DNA of 64,000 nt from the NCBI GenBank assembly GCA_002401855.1, contig NVUH01000004.1, positions 94,314 through 158,313 on the forward strand, given 5' to 3'. Below the pieces are notes generated by a model. It had not been told where the DNA came from. It saw only the letters and a list, made by a program, of their open reading frames with translations, and searched no databases. The stretch is from Hyphomicrobiales bacterium (GTDB lineage Bacteria; Pseudomonadota; Alphaproteobacteria; Rhizobiales; OSC116). Position 1 is the first letter of the stretch, and each line of letters begins with the position of its first letter. Made by a program: the position numbers and the translations under genes. Below are positions 8,639 to 18,854 of the stretch, one piece after another.

Positions 8639-9802
8639 TTATGGATTATCAATGAAGAGTGTGATGGGTGTTTCGAGTAAATCTTTGATATATTGAATCA
8701 TCGTAGCGCCATCATAACCATCGACAATGCGGTGATCGAACGAGCCTGAAATATTCATCATTTTGCGGATGATGATTTTGCAGTCGATGGCCATCGGGCG
8801 ATCGATGAGTTTATTAATGCCGATGATACAGGTTTCGGGCGCGTTGATGATTGGGGTGGAGACTAAGCCGCCGATTTTGCCGAGGCTGGTGATGCTGATG
8901 GTTGAGCCTGATAGCTCATCGCGCGAGGCTTTGCCGGTGCGGGCTTTTTCGGCCAGATCGAGTATTTTTTCGGCATATTGCCAAATATCCATAGCCTCGG
9001 CATGTTTGATGACGGGCACCATGAGGCCGGTTGGGGTGTTGGTTGCCATGCCGATATGGGCGGCAGCGAATTGGCTGATGATATTGGTTTCTTGGTTATA
9101 ATGGCTGTTGCATTGCGGAAATTTAGCCACGGCTTTGACCATGGCTTTGATGAGGAATGGCAGCAGAGTTAGTTTTGGCTGATCGGGAGTGCGGTCGGCA
9201 TTGAGCTGGGCGCGTAGTTTTTCTAACTCGGTTAAATCTACTTCTTCGACATAGGTATAGTGGGGGATGTTGCGTTTGGAAAACTCCATAGCTTCGGCAA
9301 TTTTACGGCGCACACCGCGTAGCGGGATTTCGGTGATTTCGGAGTTTTTGGTCGCAGTGGCCGCGATGAGATTGTCCAAATCTTCATGCTTGAGCCTGCC
9401 TGAGGGGCCAGTGCCGGTGATTGATAACAGATCGACATCCAAATCCATCGCGCGGCGGCGTAGTGAGGGCGAGGCCAACACATCTGGGTTTGGTTGACTT
9501 GTTGTTTGTGATTTAGGTGGCTCTTGCTGTGATGTTTCTGGCGCGATTGCTGCCTGCTCCGCATCGGTTTCGAAGGTGAATAAAACTGTGCCGACATTGA
9601 TGATATCGCCAACATCGCCTGCTATGCTGATGATTTTTCCATCGACGGGTGATGGCAATTCGACTGTGGCTTTGTCAGTCATCATGCCGATTAAAACGTC
9701 ATCTTCTGCAACCATCTGCCCGACTTTAACATTCAGTTCGACGATTTCGGATGTGACCACGCCTTCGCCTAAATCGGGTAATTTAAACTCAAATATCGTC
9801 AT
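8639..9802 (-). CDS. bkdB: branched-chain alpha-keto acid dehydrogenase E2 (dihydrolipoamide acyltransferase)
   Basis: Lipoyl domain MTDKATVELPSP, Ala/Pro/Ser linker, catalytic SFDHRIVDG. Confidence 0.9.
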   Translation of the reverse strand: MTIFEFKLPDLGEGVVTSEIVELNVKVGQMVAEDDVLIGMMTDKATVELPSPVDGKIISIAGDVGDIINVGTVLFTFETDAEQAAIAPETSQQEPPKSQTTSQPNPDVLASPSLRRRAMDLDVDLLSITGTGPSGRLKHEDLDNLIAATATKNSEITEIPLRGVRRKIAEAMEFSKRNIPHYTYVEEVDLTELEKLRAQLNADRTPDQPKLTLLPFLIKAMVKAVAKFPQCNSHYNQETNIISQFAAAHIGMATNTPTGLMVPVIKHAEAMDIWQYAEKILDLAEKARTGKASRDELSGSTISITSLGKIGGLVSTPIINAPETCIIGINKLIDRPMAIDCKIIIRKMMNISGSFDHRIVDGYDGATMIQYIKDLLETPITLFIDNP

Positions 9803-9805
9803 GAA

Positions 9806-10819
9806 TTAGGCCTCCATAATGCGGGTGATGGCTTTGCCGACGCGTTTGGGCACGGGGAAATATTCCCATTCAAAAGCATGCGGATAGGGTATGTCCCACC
9901 CCGTCACCCGCTCGATGGGGGCGCGTAGCTTCCAAAAGCAATTTTCTTGAATGATGGAGAGGATTTCGGCGCCAAAACCGCCTATTTTGGTTGCCTCATG
10001 CGCCACTAAGCAACGGCCTGTTTTGTTGACGCTGTTGATGATGGTGTCGTAATCGATGGGTGACAAGCAGCGTAGATCAATGATTTCGGCATCGACTCCA
10101 GTTTGTTTGACTGCGGTTTCAACCACATGTACCATGGTGCCATAGGTGATGATGGTCAGCTCATCGCCTGCGCGGGTGATCTCGGCCTCGGCCAGTGGAA
10201 TGCTATAATGGCCTTCTGGCACCTCGCCTTTTTTATGGGTATCCCAGCCGATAGATGGCGCGTCTGGGTCACCATAGAAGGGGCCATTATAGAGGCGTTT
10301 TGGCTCGAAAAACAGTACGGGGTCATTGCTTTCAATTGAGCTGATCAGCAGGCCTTTGGCATCATATGGGTTGGACGGCATGACGACTTTAATGCCTGAA
10401 ATATGGGTAAAAATGCCTTCGGGGCTTTGGCTGTGGGTTTGGCCGCCACGTATGCCGCCACCGCACGGGGTGCGGATGGTGATATTGGTTGAATATTCAC
10501 CGCCGCTTCTGTAACGGATGCGTGACGCTTCGGAAGCTATTTGGTCAAAGGCGGGATAGATATAATCGGAAAACTGAATCTCGGCCACGGGGCGCATGCC
10601 GTTAATGCTCATGCCGATGGCGGTGGCGATGATGCCGTTTTCAGAGATGGGGGTATCAAACACACGTTGTGCGCCAAACTCTGCTTGCAAGCCTTCTGTG
10701 GCACGGAACACGCCGCCAAAATAACCGACATCTTGGCCAAAAATCATCACATTATCATCACGCTCTAACATGCATTTTTGGGCTGACAATATGGCTTGTA
10801 ACATATTCATTTGTGCCAT
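9806..10819 (-). CDS. bkdA2: 2-oxoisovalerate dehydrogenase E1 beta subunit
   Basis: 337 aa transketolase-like beta subunit (VFDTPISE, EPKRLY), lying between E1 alpha and E2. Confidence 0.92.
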   Translation of the reverse strand: MAQMNMLQAILSAQKCMLERDDNVMIFGQDVGYFGGVFRATEGLQAEFGAQRVFDTPISENGIIATAIGMSINGMRPVAEIQFSDYIYPAFDQIASEASRIRYRSGGEYSTNITIRTPCGGGIRGGQTHSQSPEGIFTHISGIKVVMPSNPYDAKGLLISSIESNDPVLFFEPKRLYNGPFYGDPDAPSIGWDTHKKGEVPEGHYSIPLAEAEITRAGDELTIITYGTMVHVVETAVKQTGVDAEIIDLRCLSPIDYDTIINSVNKTGRCLVAHEATKIGGFGAEILSIIQENCFWKLRAPIERVTGWDIPYPHAFEWEYFPVPKRVGKAITRIMEA

Positions 10820-10821
10820 GA

Positions 10822-12063
10822 TTATAACCCCAATTCTTGACGTTGACGGATGCGGTTTGGAGTTATTTCCTCAAATATATCTTCAAACATGCTGGCGACA
10901 TCTGGGCGGGCGCCCGATTTTAGCGTGCCATAGCTTTCGGCTTGTTTGTAATCGATTTTTATCTCGGCGGTATATTGTTCAGCAAGTTGCTCATGCTGAG
11001 TTTCGCTCCATTCACCGATATTTATGAGGTGGGTTTTTAGGCGCTCTAATGGGTCGCCCAATGGCCAGTTTTTATCTTCATCAGCCGGGCGATAGGCGGA
11101 TGGGTCATCAGAAGTTGAATGTGGGGCAACGCGATAGGTGAAATGCTCGATGAGGGTGGCGCCAAAACCTGCGCGGGCGCGGTCTGCTGCCCATTTTGAG
11201 GCGGCATAAACGGCGAGGAAATCATTGCCATCAACCCGCAGGCTGGGTAGGCCGACGCCAATGCCACGGGCGGCAAATGTGGTGCGCTCGCCGCCTGCGA
11301 TTACCTGATTGGACGAGATGGCCCATTGATTATTGATGATGTTTAGGATAACGGGCGGGTTATAGGTAGCGGCGAAAGTGAGAGCCGAGTGAAAATCTAT
11401 CTCTGCCGTGCTGCCATCGCCGACAAATGTGGTGCAAACGCGGTTGCCGCCTTTGCGCGCTTCGGCCATCGCCCAGCCGACCGCTTGGCTGAATTGGGTG
11501 GCTAAATTGCCCGAAATGGTGAAGAAATTACCAGCCTTCCAACTATACATAATTGGTAATTGGCGGCCTTTGCAATTGTCTTTGGAGTTGGATAGGCATT
11601 GGCACATCATATTGAGCAATGGGTAGCCGCGTGAAATTAAAATGCCTTGATTGCGGTAGGAAGGAAACACCATGTCGCTATTTTCTAGCGCCAGGCTATG
11701 CGCCACGCTGATGGCCTCTTCGCCTGTGCACTTCATATAGAATGAGATTTTACCAGTTCGGTGCAAAAGCTGCATGCGGTCGTCAAACAAGCGGGTCAGC
11801 AGCATGTCTTTGAGGCCTTGGCGCAGGATATCGGGCGTGATGTTTATGTTCCACGCGCCGCCTGCTTGGCCATCATCATCTAATACGCGGATCAGGCCAT
11901 AGGCTAAATCTCGTATGTCATGGGGGTTGCAATCTATGGCTGGTTTATGCGCCTCATCGACATTTGGGATTTTTAGATGGGCAAAATTATTGGTTTGGCC
12001 TGGTCTGAATTTTGGCTCAGGAATGTGTAGGTTATTTTGCCTGCTTGATTGATGTTTAGTCAT
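10822..12063 (-). CDS. bkdA1: 2-oxoisovalerate dehydrogenase E1 alpha subunit
   Basis: TPP-binding region GDGSTAEIDFHSALTFAATYNPPVILNIINN. ATG 12063 (MTKHQSS) is preceded by AAAGGGA; the track start at 12117 is probably too long. Confidence 0.9.
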   Translation of the reverse strand: MTKHQSSRQNNLHIPEPKFRPGQTNNFAHLKIPNVDEAHKPAIDCNPHDIRDLAYGLIRVLDDDGQAGGAWNINITPDILRQGLKDMLLTRLFDDRMQLLHRTGKISFYMKCTGEEAISVAHSLALENSDMVFPSYRNQGILISRGYPLLNMMCQCLSNSKDNCKGRQLPIMYSWKAGNFFTISGNLATQFSQAVGWAMAEARKGGNRVCTTFVGDGSTAEIDFHSALTFAATYNPPVILNIINNQWAISSNQVIAGGERTTFAARGIGVGLPSLRVDGNDFLAVYAASKWAADRARAGFGATLIEHFTYRVAPHSTSDDPSAYRPADEDKNWPLGDPLERLKTHLINIGEWSETQHEQLAEQYTAEIKIDYKQAESYGTLKSGARPDVASMFEDIFEEITPNRIRQRQELGL

Positions 12064-12216
12064 GCTGTCCCTTTTCACATTAGCTATAAAACATGATAGC
12101 TTACCTGCTAGAAACAATTTCCCTTTCTGGTGCCTATTTATAGAAAATAGTGGGACATTGTTATGAAAAACTACTAATTTTCAATATTTTGTGCCAAACT
12201 AATGGCAATAACCGCG

Positions 12217-12699
12217 TCAATCTGACGTTTCGCAATTGTGTAATGGCAATTGGGTGGTGGACTTAACCTCACTCATTGCGATGTGAGATGAGGTTTCTTG
12301 CACGCCGTCTATTTGTGACAATTCATCCCAATAAAATTGCTCGAATTCTTTGACATTTTTAACCACGATTTTGAGCAAAAAATCCACCCCGCCCATCATG
12401 GTGTAACATTCGACCACTTGCGGATATTGTTTGATTTTTTGCATAAAATGCGTCAAATCCTTGCGGCCATGATGGGTGAGTTTAACATTGGCGAACACCA
12501 CCACCCGCAGCCCGAGGCTTTCGGCATCTAGCAAGGTGACTTTTTGTTTGATGATGCCTTTTTCGGTCATGCGGCCAATGCGCCGCCAGCAGACTGATTT
12601 AGATGAGCCAACTTTTTCGGCAATGTCGGCAATGGATATAGTTGCATCATGTTGGATTATTTTGAGTATGTTTTTGTCTAATTTGGTGATATTTGACAT
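12217..12699 (-). CDS. Lrp/AsnC family transcriptional regulator (BkdR-like by position)
   Basis: 160 aa with an N-terminal HTH (LDKNILKIIQHDATISIADIAEKVGSSKSVCWRRI) and a C-terminal RAM-type domain. Lies directly upstream of the bkd genes. Confidence 0.85.
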   Translation of the reverse strand: MSNITKLDKNILKIIQHDATISIADIAEKVGSSKSVCWRRIGRMTEKGIIKQKVTLLDAESLGLRVVVFANVKLTHHGRKDLTHFMQKIKQYPQVVECYTMMGGVDFLLKIVVKNVKEFEQFYWDELSQIDGVQETSSHIAMSEVKSTTQLPLHNCETSD

Positions 12700-12749
12700 G
12701 ATGTTTTATATTTTCGTTATTTTATGAAACTCTTTTCCATCCACTATAT

Positions 12750-13541
12750 TTAAGTTTGCCCAAAAGAAAAGCCTTTTGCAATGTGATTGCGAACAAAATA
12801 AAACATCACCATGCCCGGGATGACTGAGGCGACGATGACTGCCATGACCAAGCCCATATCGGTGCTAAAGCCGAATAAAGCGTCGATCGCCATGGTGATG
12901 GGTTTGCCATTGGTGACGGTGAGGATGCGGGCGAACACCACCTCGACCCATGAGAATAAAAAGCAGAAAAATGCGGTGACACCGATGGCAGGCGCGAGCA
13001 AAGGCAATAGGATTTCATAGAAGAAACGCGGCAGGCTATAGCCATCTAGAAAGGCAGTTTCATCTAGTTGTTTGGGGATGGCGTTGATAAAACTTTCTAG
13101 AATCCAGATTGATACGGGGATGGTGAATAGGCAATGGGCTAAGGCGATGCCGAAAGGGGTGTTGACCAAGCCAATGAGCGAGAAAATTTTAAACATTGGT
13201 AAGGCTAAAACCACGGGCGGGGTGACGCGGAAGGCTAAAAAAGCCAAGAATAAATGTTTGTCGCCGATGAATGAATAGCGCGAGAAGGCGTAGGCGGCGG
13301 GTAAGGCGACGGGGATGGTGAGGCAGATGTTGAGCAAAACATAGGTGATGGAATTGAAGAAAGCGGCGCCTAATATGGGGCTGGTGAATAGGTGATAATA
13401 GTTGAACCACGTAAAGACGGGTTGCTCGGTTGAGGCGGCCGAGACGGTGGTGAGAAAACTCATTTGAAGCACTTGCACGAGGGGCAAGAATACCAGTGCG
13501 ATATAGGCGATGAGTAAGATGATTTTAAAATATTTTTTCAT
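12750..13541 (-). CDS. ABC sugar/polyol transporter permease, paralogue of 18045-18854
   Basis: True start [10 protein letters not shown] at 13541, in an ATGA overlap with the upstream permease. The first 96 codons in the track are an artefact. Shares LPAAYAFSRY.F.GDKHLF and AFFCF.FSWVE with 18045-18854. Confidence 0.85.
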   Translation of the reverse strand: MKKYFKIILLIAYIALVFLPLVQVLQMSFLTTVSAASTEQPVFTWFNYYHLFTSPILGAAFFNSITYVLLNICLTIPVALPAAYAFSRYSFIGDKHLFLAFLAFRVTPPVVLALPMFKIFSLIGLVNTPFGIALAHCLFTIPVSIWILESFINAIPKQLDETAFLDGYSLPRFFYEILLPLLAPAIGVTAFFCFLFSWVEVVFARILTVTNGKPITMAIDALFGFSTDMGLVMAVIVASVIPGMVMFYFVRNHIAKGFSFGQT

Positions 13542-14407
13542 TTTGCACCGCCTGAGTTTTGACGATCTAATGCGGTTTTGAACGCCCAGACAATGAATAA
13601 TATGATGATGAAATAAACGACTGATCGGGCAGCGGAGGGGCCGTAATCGAAGGCTTTGATTTGTTCGCCTAGGTCTATGCCTAAAAATAGGGTGGCATTT
13701 TGTGGACCGCCCGAATTGATGCCGAAAGCTTCGGTGTAAATCATCAGACTGTCCATGAAACGTAACAGAATGGCCATGAGTAGAATGCCGCTCATTTTGG
13801 GTAATTCTATGTAGCGAAAAATTTGCCACCGAGAGGCTCTATCGATGGCGGCGGCCTGATAATAGGCTGTGGGGATGGTGCTGAGGCTGGAATAGGCCAA
13901 CAGAACCACTAAGCTTGTCCAATGCCAAACATCCATAAGAATGAGCGCCAACCATGTGTGAAATAAGTTAAACTTCCAATCAAAATCTAGGCCAATAAAA
14001 GTAAGAAATTGACCTAGAAAGCCTGTGTCTAGGCGCAGGTAGTTGAGCCAAATGATGGGGATGACATTCCACGGGATGAGTAGCGGTACTGACATGGTCA
14101 TCAGGCAGGTTGCCACCCAGATGCCGTGTTTGGGAATGGCGAGAGCGATGAGAATGCCGAGCGGCAGTTGAACGGTTAAAATGAGGGTTGAAAATAGCAG
14201 ACTGCGCGCTAGGCTTGCCCAAAAACGCGGCGATTGCATTAATTCTTGATACCAATCTAGGCCGATCCAAAAGCGTTTGTCGAGGATGAAAATATCGAAA
14301 AATGAATAGTTGATGACGGTGAGCAGCGGCACAACGCCAACTATAGACAGGATGAGGATGGCGGGAATGGCCATCGCCCAACCATGCTTATGGTTTAGGG
14401 TTTTCAT
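13538..14407 (-). CDS. ABC sugar/polyol transporter permease, paralogue of 18854-19723
   Basis: Start [10 protein letters not shown] at 14407, in an ATGA overlap with the glpK stop. Shares [33 protein letters not shown] and LLRFMDS.MIYTE with 18854-19723. Confidence 0.85.
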   Translation of the reverse strand: MKTLNHKHGWAMAIPAILILSIVGVVPLLTVINYSFFDIFILDKRFWIGLDWYQELMQSPRFWASLARSLLFSTLILTVQLPLGILIALAIPKHGIWVATCLMTMSVPLLIPWNVIPIIWLNYLRLDTGFLGQFLTFIGLDFDWKFNLFHTWLALILMDVWHWTSLVVLLAYSSLSTIPTAYYQAAAIDRASRWQIFRYIELPKMSGILLMAILLRFMDSLMIYTEAFGINSGGPQNATLFLGIDLGEQIKAFDYGPSAARSVVYFIIILFIVWAFKTALDRQNSGGAK

Positions 14408-15894
14408 GGCCGCGACAAGGTGCGGCTTACTGCATCTTGCCATCCTTTATATAATTCATTGCGTTTTGGAGCGGTCATATTTGGTTCAAAACGCGTATCT
14501 AATGCCCATGTTTTGGCGAATTCTGCTTGATTTGGGTAAAAGCCTGCTTGCATGCCTGCAAGCCATGCCGCGCCCATTGCCGTGGTTTCAAGCACTTTGG
14601 GGCGGTCGACAGGTGCGCCTAGGATGTCGGCTAAAAATTGGATCGTCCAATCGGAAACTGACATGCCGCCATCGACGCGCAGCACGCTTTTGACTTGGTC
14701 ATTGCCCCAATCATTATGCATGGCTTCGAGCAGATCGCGGGTTTGATAGGCGACGCTTTCGAGGGCGGCGCGGGCGAATTCGGCGCGGCCTGTATTGCGG
14801 GTGATGCCGAAGATGGCACCGCGACAATCGGCATCCCAATAAGGTGCGCCCATGCCTGTGAAGGCGGGCACCATGTAGAGGCGTTCGTTGTCATCGGCAC
14901 TTTGTGCGAGTTGCTGGGTTTGGCTGGCATCGTCGATGATGTTGAGGCCATCGCGCAGCCATTGCACGGCTGTGCCAGCGTTGAAAATGCTGCCTTCGAG
15001 TGCATATGTAGTTTTGCCATCGAGCTGATAGGCGATGGTGCCGAGTAGGCGATTTTTGGATTTCACCAATTCAGCGCCTGTGTTGAGCAAGGCGAAACAG
15101 CCTGTGCCATAGGTGGATTTTAACATGCCTGGTTCAAAGCAGGCTTGGCCGATGGTGGCGGCTTGTTGGTCGCCTGCCACGCCGAGGATTGGGATTGATT
15201 TGCCGAATATTGCGGTTGCTGTTTGGCCGAAATCGGCGGCACAATTTTTTACCGCGGGCAGCATAGAGAGAGGGATGCCGAGTTTTTGGCAAATGTCTTC
15301 ATCCCATTTGCCTTCGCGGATGTTATATAACATGGTGCGGGCGGCGTTGGTGGCATCGGTTACGTGGTTTTTGCCGTTGGTTAGTTTCCAGATTAGATAG
15401 GTGTCGACTGTGCCGAATAGTAGTTCGCCATTGTCGGCTTTGGTTTGTGCGCCTTCGACATTGTCCAGAATCCATTTAATTTTGGTGGCCGAGAAATAGG
15501 GGTCGATTAGCAGGCCAGTTTTGTGGGTAATCTCGGTCTCGAAATCTGGGTTTCTGAGGGTGTTGCAGAAACCTGCTGTGCGCCTGTCTTGCCAAACGAT
15601 GGCATTATAGAGGGGCTCGGAAGTGGTTTTGTCCCACACCAAGGTGGTTTCGCGCTGGTTGGTGATGCCGATGGCGATGATGTCGTCTATGCTCACATTG
15701 TTTTGGGTGAGTGCGTTTTTGCAGGTTTTAACTACGGTTGACCATATGTCGGCAGGGTTATGTTCGACCCAACCTGATTGCGGGAAATGTTGTTTAAATT
15801 CTTGTTGTGCCATGCCTGTGATGTTCATTTCATCATCAAATAATATGGCGCGGCTGGAGGTTGTGCCTTGGTCTATGGCTAATATATATTTCAT
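14404..15894 (-). CDS. glpK: glycerol kinase
   Basis: [20 protein letters not shown]..., GITNQRETT; FGGY kinase family. Confidence 0.95.
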   Translation of the reverse strand: MKYILAIDQGTTSSRAILFDDEMNITGMAQQEFKQHFPQSGWVEHNPADIWSTVVKTCKNALTQNNVSIDDIIAIGITNQRETTLVWDKTTSEPLYNAIVWQDRRTAGFCNTLRNPDFETEITHKTGLLIDPYFSATKIKWILDNVEGAQTKADNGELLFGTVDTYLIWKLTNGKNHVTDATNAARTMLYNIREGKWDEDICQKLGIPLSMLPAVKNCAADFGQTATAIFGKSIPILGVAGDQQAATIGQACFEPGMLKSTYGTGCFALLNTGAELVKSKNRLLGTIAYQLDGKTTYALEGSIFNAGTAVQWLRDGLNIIDDASQTQQLAQSADDNERLYMVPAFTGMGAPYWDADCRGAIFGITRNTGRAEFARAALESVAYQTRDLLEAMHNDWGNDQVKSVLRVDGGMSVSDWTIQFLADILGAPVDRPKVLETTAMGAAWLAGMQAGFYPNQAEFAKTWALDTRFEPNMTAPKRNELYKGWQDAVSRTLSRP

Positions 15895-15929
15895 GAAAGG
15901 CACCCCCATTTACGTCTTTTGAATAATGA

Positions 15930-15949
15930 GTCGAGCGGTGAGGCTCGAC
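15930..15949 (-). other. intercistronic stem-loop between the binding-protein gene and glpK
   Basis: GTCGAGC (15930-15936) and GCTCGAC (15943-15949) form a 7-bp stem with a 6-nt loop, about 25 nt downstream of the binding-protein stop on the minus strand. Confidence 0.35.
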
Positions 15950-15973
15950 CCAAACTGATGTTAGTCGCAAAAC

Positions 15974-17677
15974 CTAATTAGACCAAGAACTGATCAACTC
16001 GTCATAACCAATGGTTACAGGAGTTTGACGTTCGTTATCCAATTTTGGTTTTGGTGAACCGGGTTGAGACAACCAATAATCGGCACCTTTTTCCTCGTTC
16101 AATTTCGGGCCGATGTCACCTTGCACACCAGCACGTTCTAAACGGCTAAGTATTTTTTCTTGTTCAGCACAAAGTGAATCCAAAGCCGCTTGTGCAGTTT
16201 TTGCACCAGATGAAGCGTCACCAATATTCTGCCACCAAAGCTGGGCAAGTTTTGGATAATCAGGCACATTGGTACCAGTTGGAGACCATTGAATTCGTGC
16301 TGGAGAGCGATAGAATTCAATTAAGCCGCCCAATTCAGGCGCACGATCGGTAAATGACTGGTCGTTGATTGAAGAATCACGAATGAAGGTCAGACCGACA
16401 TGTGATTTTTTCAGATCAACGGTTTTAGACACTACAAATTGTGCATAGAGCCATGCGGCTTTGGCACGATCGGCAGGGGTTGATTTCATCAATGTCCATG
16501 AACCCGCATCTTGATAGCCAATTTTAGTGCCTTCAGACCAATAAGCGCCATGTGGTGAAGGTGCCATACGCCATTTAGGTGTGCCATCATCATTCATCAC
16601 TGCAATGTCTTTCTTAACCATGTCAGCAGTGAACACCGTATACCAGAACATTTGCTGAGCAACTTGTCCTTGAGCTGGTATCGGGCCAGATTCAGAGAAA
16701 GTCATACCACCAGCGGCAGGTGGGGCATATTTACCCAACCAATCGATGTATTTTTGAATGGCATAAACCGCAGCTGGGCTGTTGGTGGCACCACCACGCG
16801 CCACGCATGAGCCTGTGGGTTGTGATTTGTCGTTAACTCGAATGCCCCATTCATCAACTGGCAAACCGTTTGGCTCGCCTTTGTCGCCCATGCCGGCCAT
16901 AGACATCCACGCATCGGTAAAGCGCCAACCTAATGACGGATGTTTTTTGCCATAATCCATATGACCGTAGACGGTTTGGCCGTCAATTTCACGGCCGGTG
17001 AAGAATTCGGCAATATCTTCATAAGCTGACCAGTTAACGGGGACGCCTAAATCATAGCCATATTTGGCTTTGAAATCTTCCATATTCTTAGCGTCAGTGA
17101 ACCAATCATATCTAAACCAATAAAGGTTGGCAAATTGCTGATCGGGCAACTGGTATAATTTTCCGTCGGGCCCTGTGGTGAATTGAATGCCGATAAAGTC
17201 GGCAATGTCCAAATCTGGGTTGGTGACATCTTTGCCTTCGCCAGCCATCCAATCGGTCAGATTGCGGGCTTGTTGATAGCGCCAATGGGTGCCGATTAGA
17301 TCTGAATCATTGACATAGGCATCATAGATATTCTCGCCCGTTTGCATTTGGGTTTGTAGTTTTTCGACCACATCACCTTCGCCAATCAGATCATGAGTGA
17401 TTTTAATGCCAGTCAATTCGGTGAAGGCTTTGGCCAGAACTTTTGACTCATATTCATGGGTGCCAATGGTTTCTGAAACCACTTTAATTTCCATACCTAC
17501 AAAAGGTTTGGCGGCTGTGATGAACCAGTCAATTTCGCTTTGTTGTTCAGCTTCGGTCAGTACAGATGGTTGGAATTCTTGTATCCATTTGGCCGATGTT
17601 TCATCCGCAAAAGCGGTTGATCCCATGCCGATCAACAGAGCCATAATGGCTGTTGATGTTTTAATTTTCGATATCAT
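15974..17677 (-). CDS. ABC transporter periplasmic substrate-binding protein (glycerol-type, GlpV-like by context)
   Basis: 567 aa with signal peptide MISKIKTSTAIMALLIGMGSTAFA. Lies between the DUF2160 gene and glpK, as in rhizobial glycerol ABC loci (from memory). Confidence 0.85.
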   Translation of the reverse strand: MISKIKTSTAIMALLIGMGSTAFADETSAKWIQEFQPSVLTEAEQQSEIDWFITAAKPFVGMEIKVVSETIGTHEYESKVLAKAFTELTGIKITHDLIGEGDVVEKLQTQMQTGENIYDAYVNDSDLIGTHWRYQQARNLTDWMAGEGKDVTNPDLDIADFIGIQFTTGPDGKLYQLPDQQFANLYWFRYDWFTDAKNMEDFKAKYGYDLGVPVNWSAYEDIAEFFTGREIDGQTVYGHMDYGKKHPSLGWRFTDAWMSMAGMGDKGEPNGLPVDEWGIRVNDKSQPTGSCVARGGATNSPAAVYAIQKYIDWLGKYAPPAAGGMTFSESGPIPAQGQVAQQMFWYTVFTADMVKKDIAVMNDDGTPKWRMAPSPHGAYWSEGTKIGYQDAGSWTLMKSTPADRAKAAWLYAQFVVSKTVDLKKSHVGLTFIRDSSINDQSFTDRAPELGGLIEFYRSPARIQWSPTGTNVPDYPKLAQLWWQNIGDASSGAKTAQAALDSLCAEQEKILSRLERAGVQGDIGPKLNEEKGADYWLSQPGSPKPKLDNERQTPVTIGYDELISSWSN

Positions 17678-17747
17678 TTTATCCTCCCGATAAAATTAAA
17701 TTAACAGCCCAAATGTTATTATTTGTGGCTGCATTCCCTGTTTGCAT

Positions 17748-18026
17748 TTATACCCAGCGGAAAACCCCCAATGCATAAATGCAACATACGATCAACGCTC
17801 CGTATACGGGAGAGCCAAACATTCCGAGCCAAGCTAGGCAGATAAATGCCGAGCCTAGTAAACTGATAAATAGCCGATCGCCTGGGGTGGTTTCGATGCG
17901 CAAAATACCCACGCGTGGCGCTTGCGGGGCTTTGATGCCCCAGATAATCATGATGGTGAGCGCCAAGGCGATGAAGATAAAAAAGCCTGCTGTTGGCCAT
18001 GTCCATGCCATCCAAGATAAGTTCAT
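17748..18026 (-). CDS. small integral membrane protein (DUF2160-like)
   Basis: 92 aa with 3 hydrophobic segments. This small gene sits between the permease and binding-protein genes in this type of glycerol ABC operon (from memory). Confidence 0.7.
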   Translation of the reverse strand: MNLSWMAWTWPTAGFFIFIALALTIMIIWGIKAPQAPRVGILRIETTPGDRLFISLLGSAFICLAWLGMFGSPVYGALIVCCIYALGVFRWV

Positions 18027-18044
18027 TTTTTTCTCCTCTCCCCT

Positions 18045-18854
18045 TTAAACGCGGCCGAGGGCAAAGCCCTTGGCGATGTGATGACGTACAAAATAAATGA
18101 CTAATGCACCCGGTATGATGGTTAGTACGCCTGCGGCTGATAATACGCCCCAATCTAGGCCTGAGGCGGAGACGGTTCTGGTCATGGTGGCGGCGATGGA
18201 TTTAGCATCGACTGCTGTTAAGGTGCGGCTGAGCAGCAATTCGACCCATGAAAACATAAAGCAGAAAAAAGCCGCAACGCCAATGCCTGAGGCGATTAAT
18301 GGCGTGAAGATTTTGGCGAAGAACCTGAAGAAACCGTAGCCATCGATATAGGCAGTTTCGTCAATCTCTTTGGGCACGCCGCGCATGAAGCCCTCTAAAA
18401 TCCACACAGCCAATGGCACGTTGAATAATGTATGGGCTAAAGCCACCGCGATGTGGGTATCGAACAGGCCAACGCTTGAATAGAGTTGGAAGAAAGGCAA
18501 AGCGAACACTGCGGGCGGCGCCATGCGGTTGGTGAGTAGCCAGAAGAATAAATGCTTATCGCCCATGAAATTATAGCGGCTGAATGCATAAGCGGCAGGC
18601 AGAGCCACGGCCAATGAGATGACTGTGTTCATCACCACATAGATGATGGAATTTATATAGCCCCAATACCAACTTGGATCGGTGAAAATAACCATATAAT
18701 TGGCGAAGGTTAGGTTTTGTGGCCAGAGGGAAAAAGTGCCTAGAATTTCGTTATTGGTTTTTAGGCTCATATTGATTAGCCAATAAATGGGCAGCATGAG
18801 GAATAAAATATAGAGACCCATGATGAGAGCGGATTTGTTGAAGCGTTTTTTCAT
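18045..18854 (-). CDS. ABC sugar/polyol transporter permease
   Basis: 269 aa, MalG/UgpE-like. One base (18854) is shared between its start and the upstream stop. Confidence 0.9.
   Translation of the reverse strand: MKKRFNKSALIMGLYILFLMLPIYWLINMSLKTNNEILGTFSLWPQNLTFANYMVIFTDPSWYWGYINSIIYVVMNTVISLAVALPAAYAFSRYNFMGDKHLFFWLLTNRMAPPAVFALPFFQLYSSVGLFDTHIAVALAHTLFNVPLAVWILEGFMRGVPKEIDETAYIDGYGFFRFFAKIFTPLIASGIGVAAFFCFMFSWVELLLSRTLTAVDAKSIAATMTRTVSASGLDWGVLSAAGVLTIIPGALVIYFVRHHIAKGFALGRV

Noticed and set aside
13542-13829. A 96-codon Arg/His-rich N-terminal extension of the permease ORF 12750-13829.
   Set aside because: It overlaps the 3' end of the upstream permease gene and has non-protein-like composition. 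The MKKYF start at 13541 forms an ATGA coupling with the upstream stop.
17719-18153. A 144-aa minus-strand ORF overlapping the DUF2160 gene and the permease 3' end.
   Set aside because: It has an Arg/His-rich, low-complexity translation and overlaps two well-supported genes in other frames.
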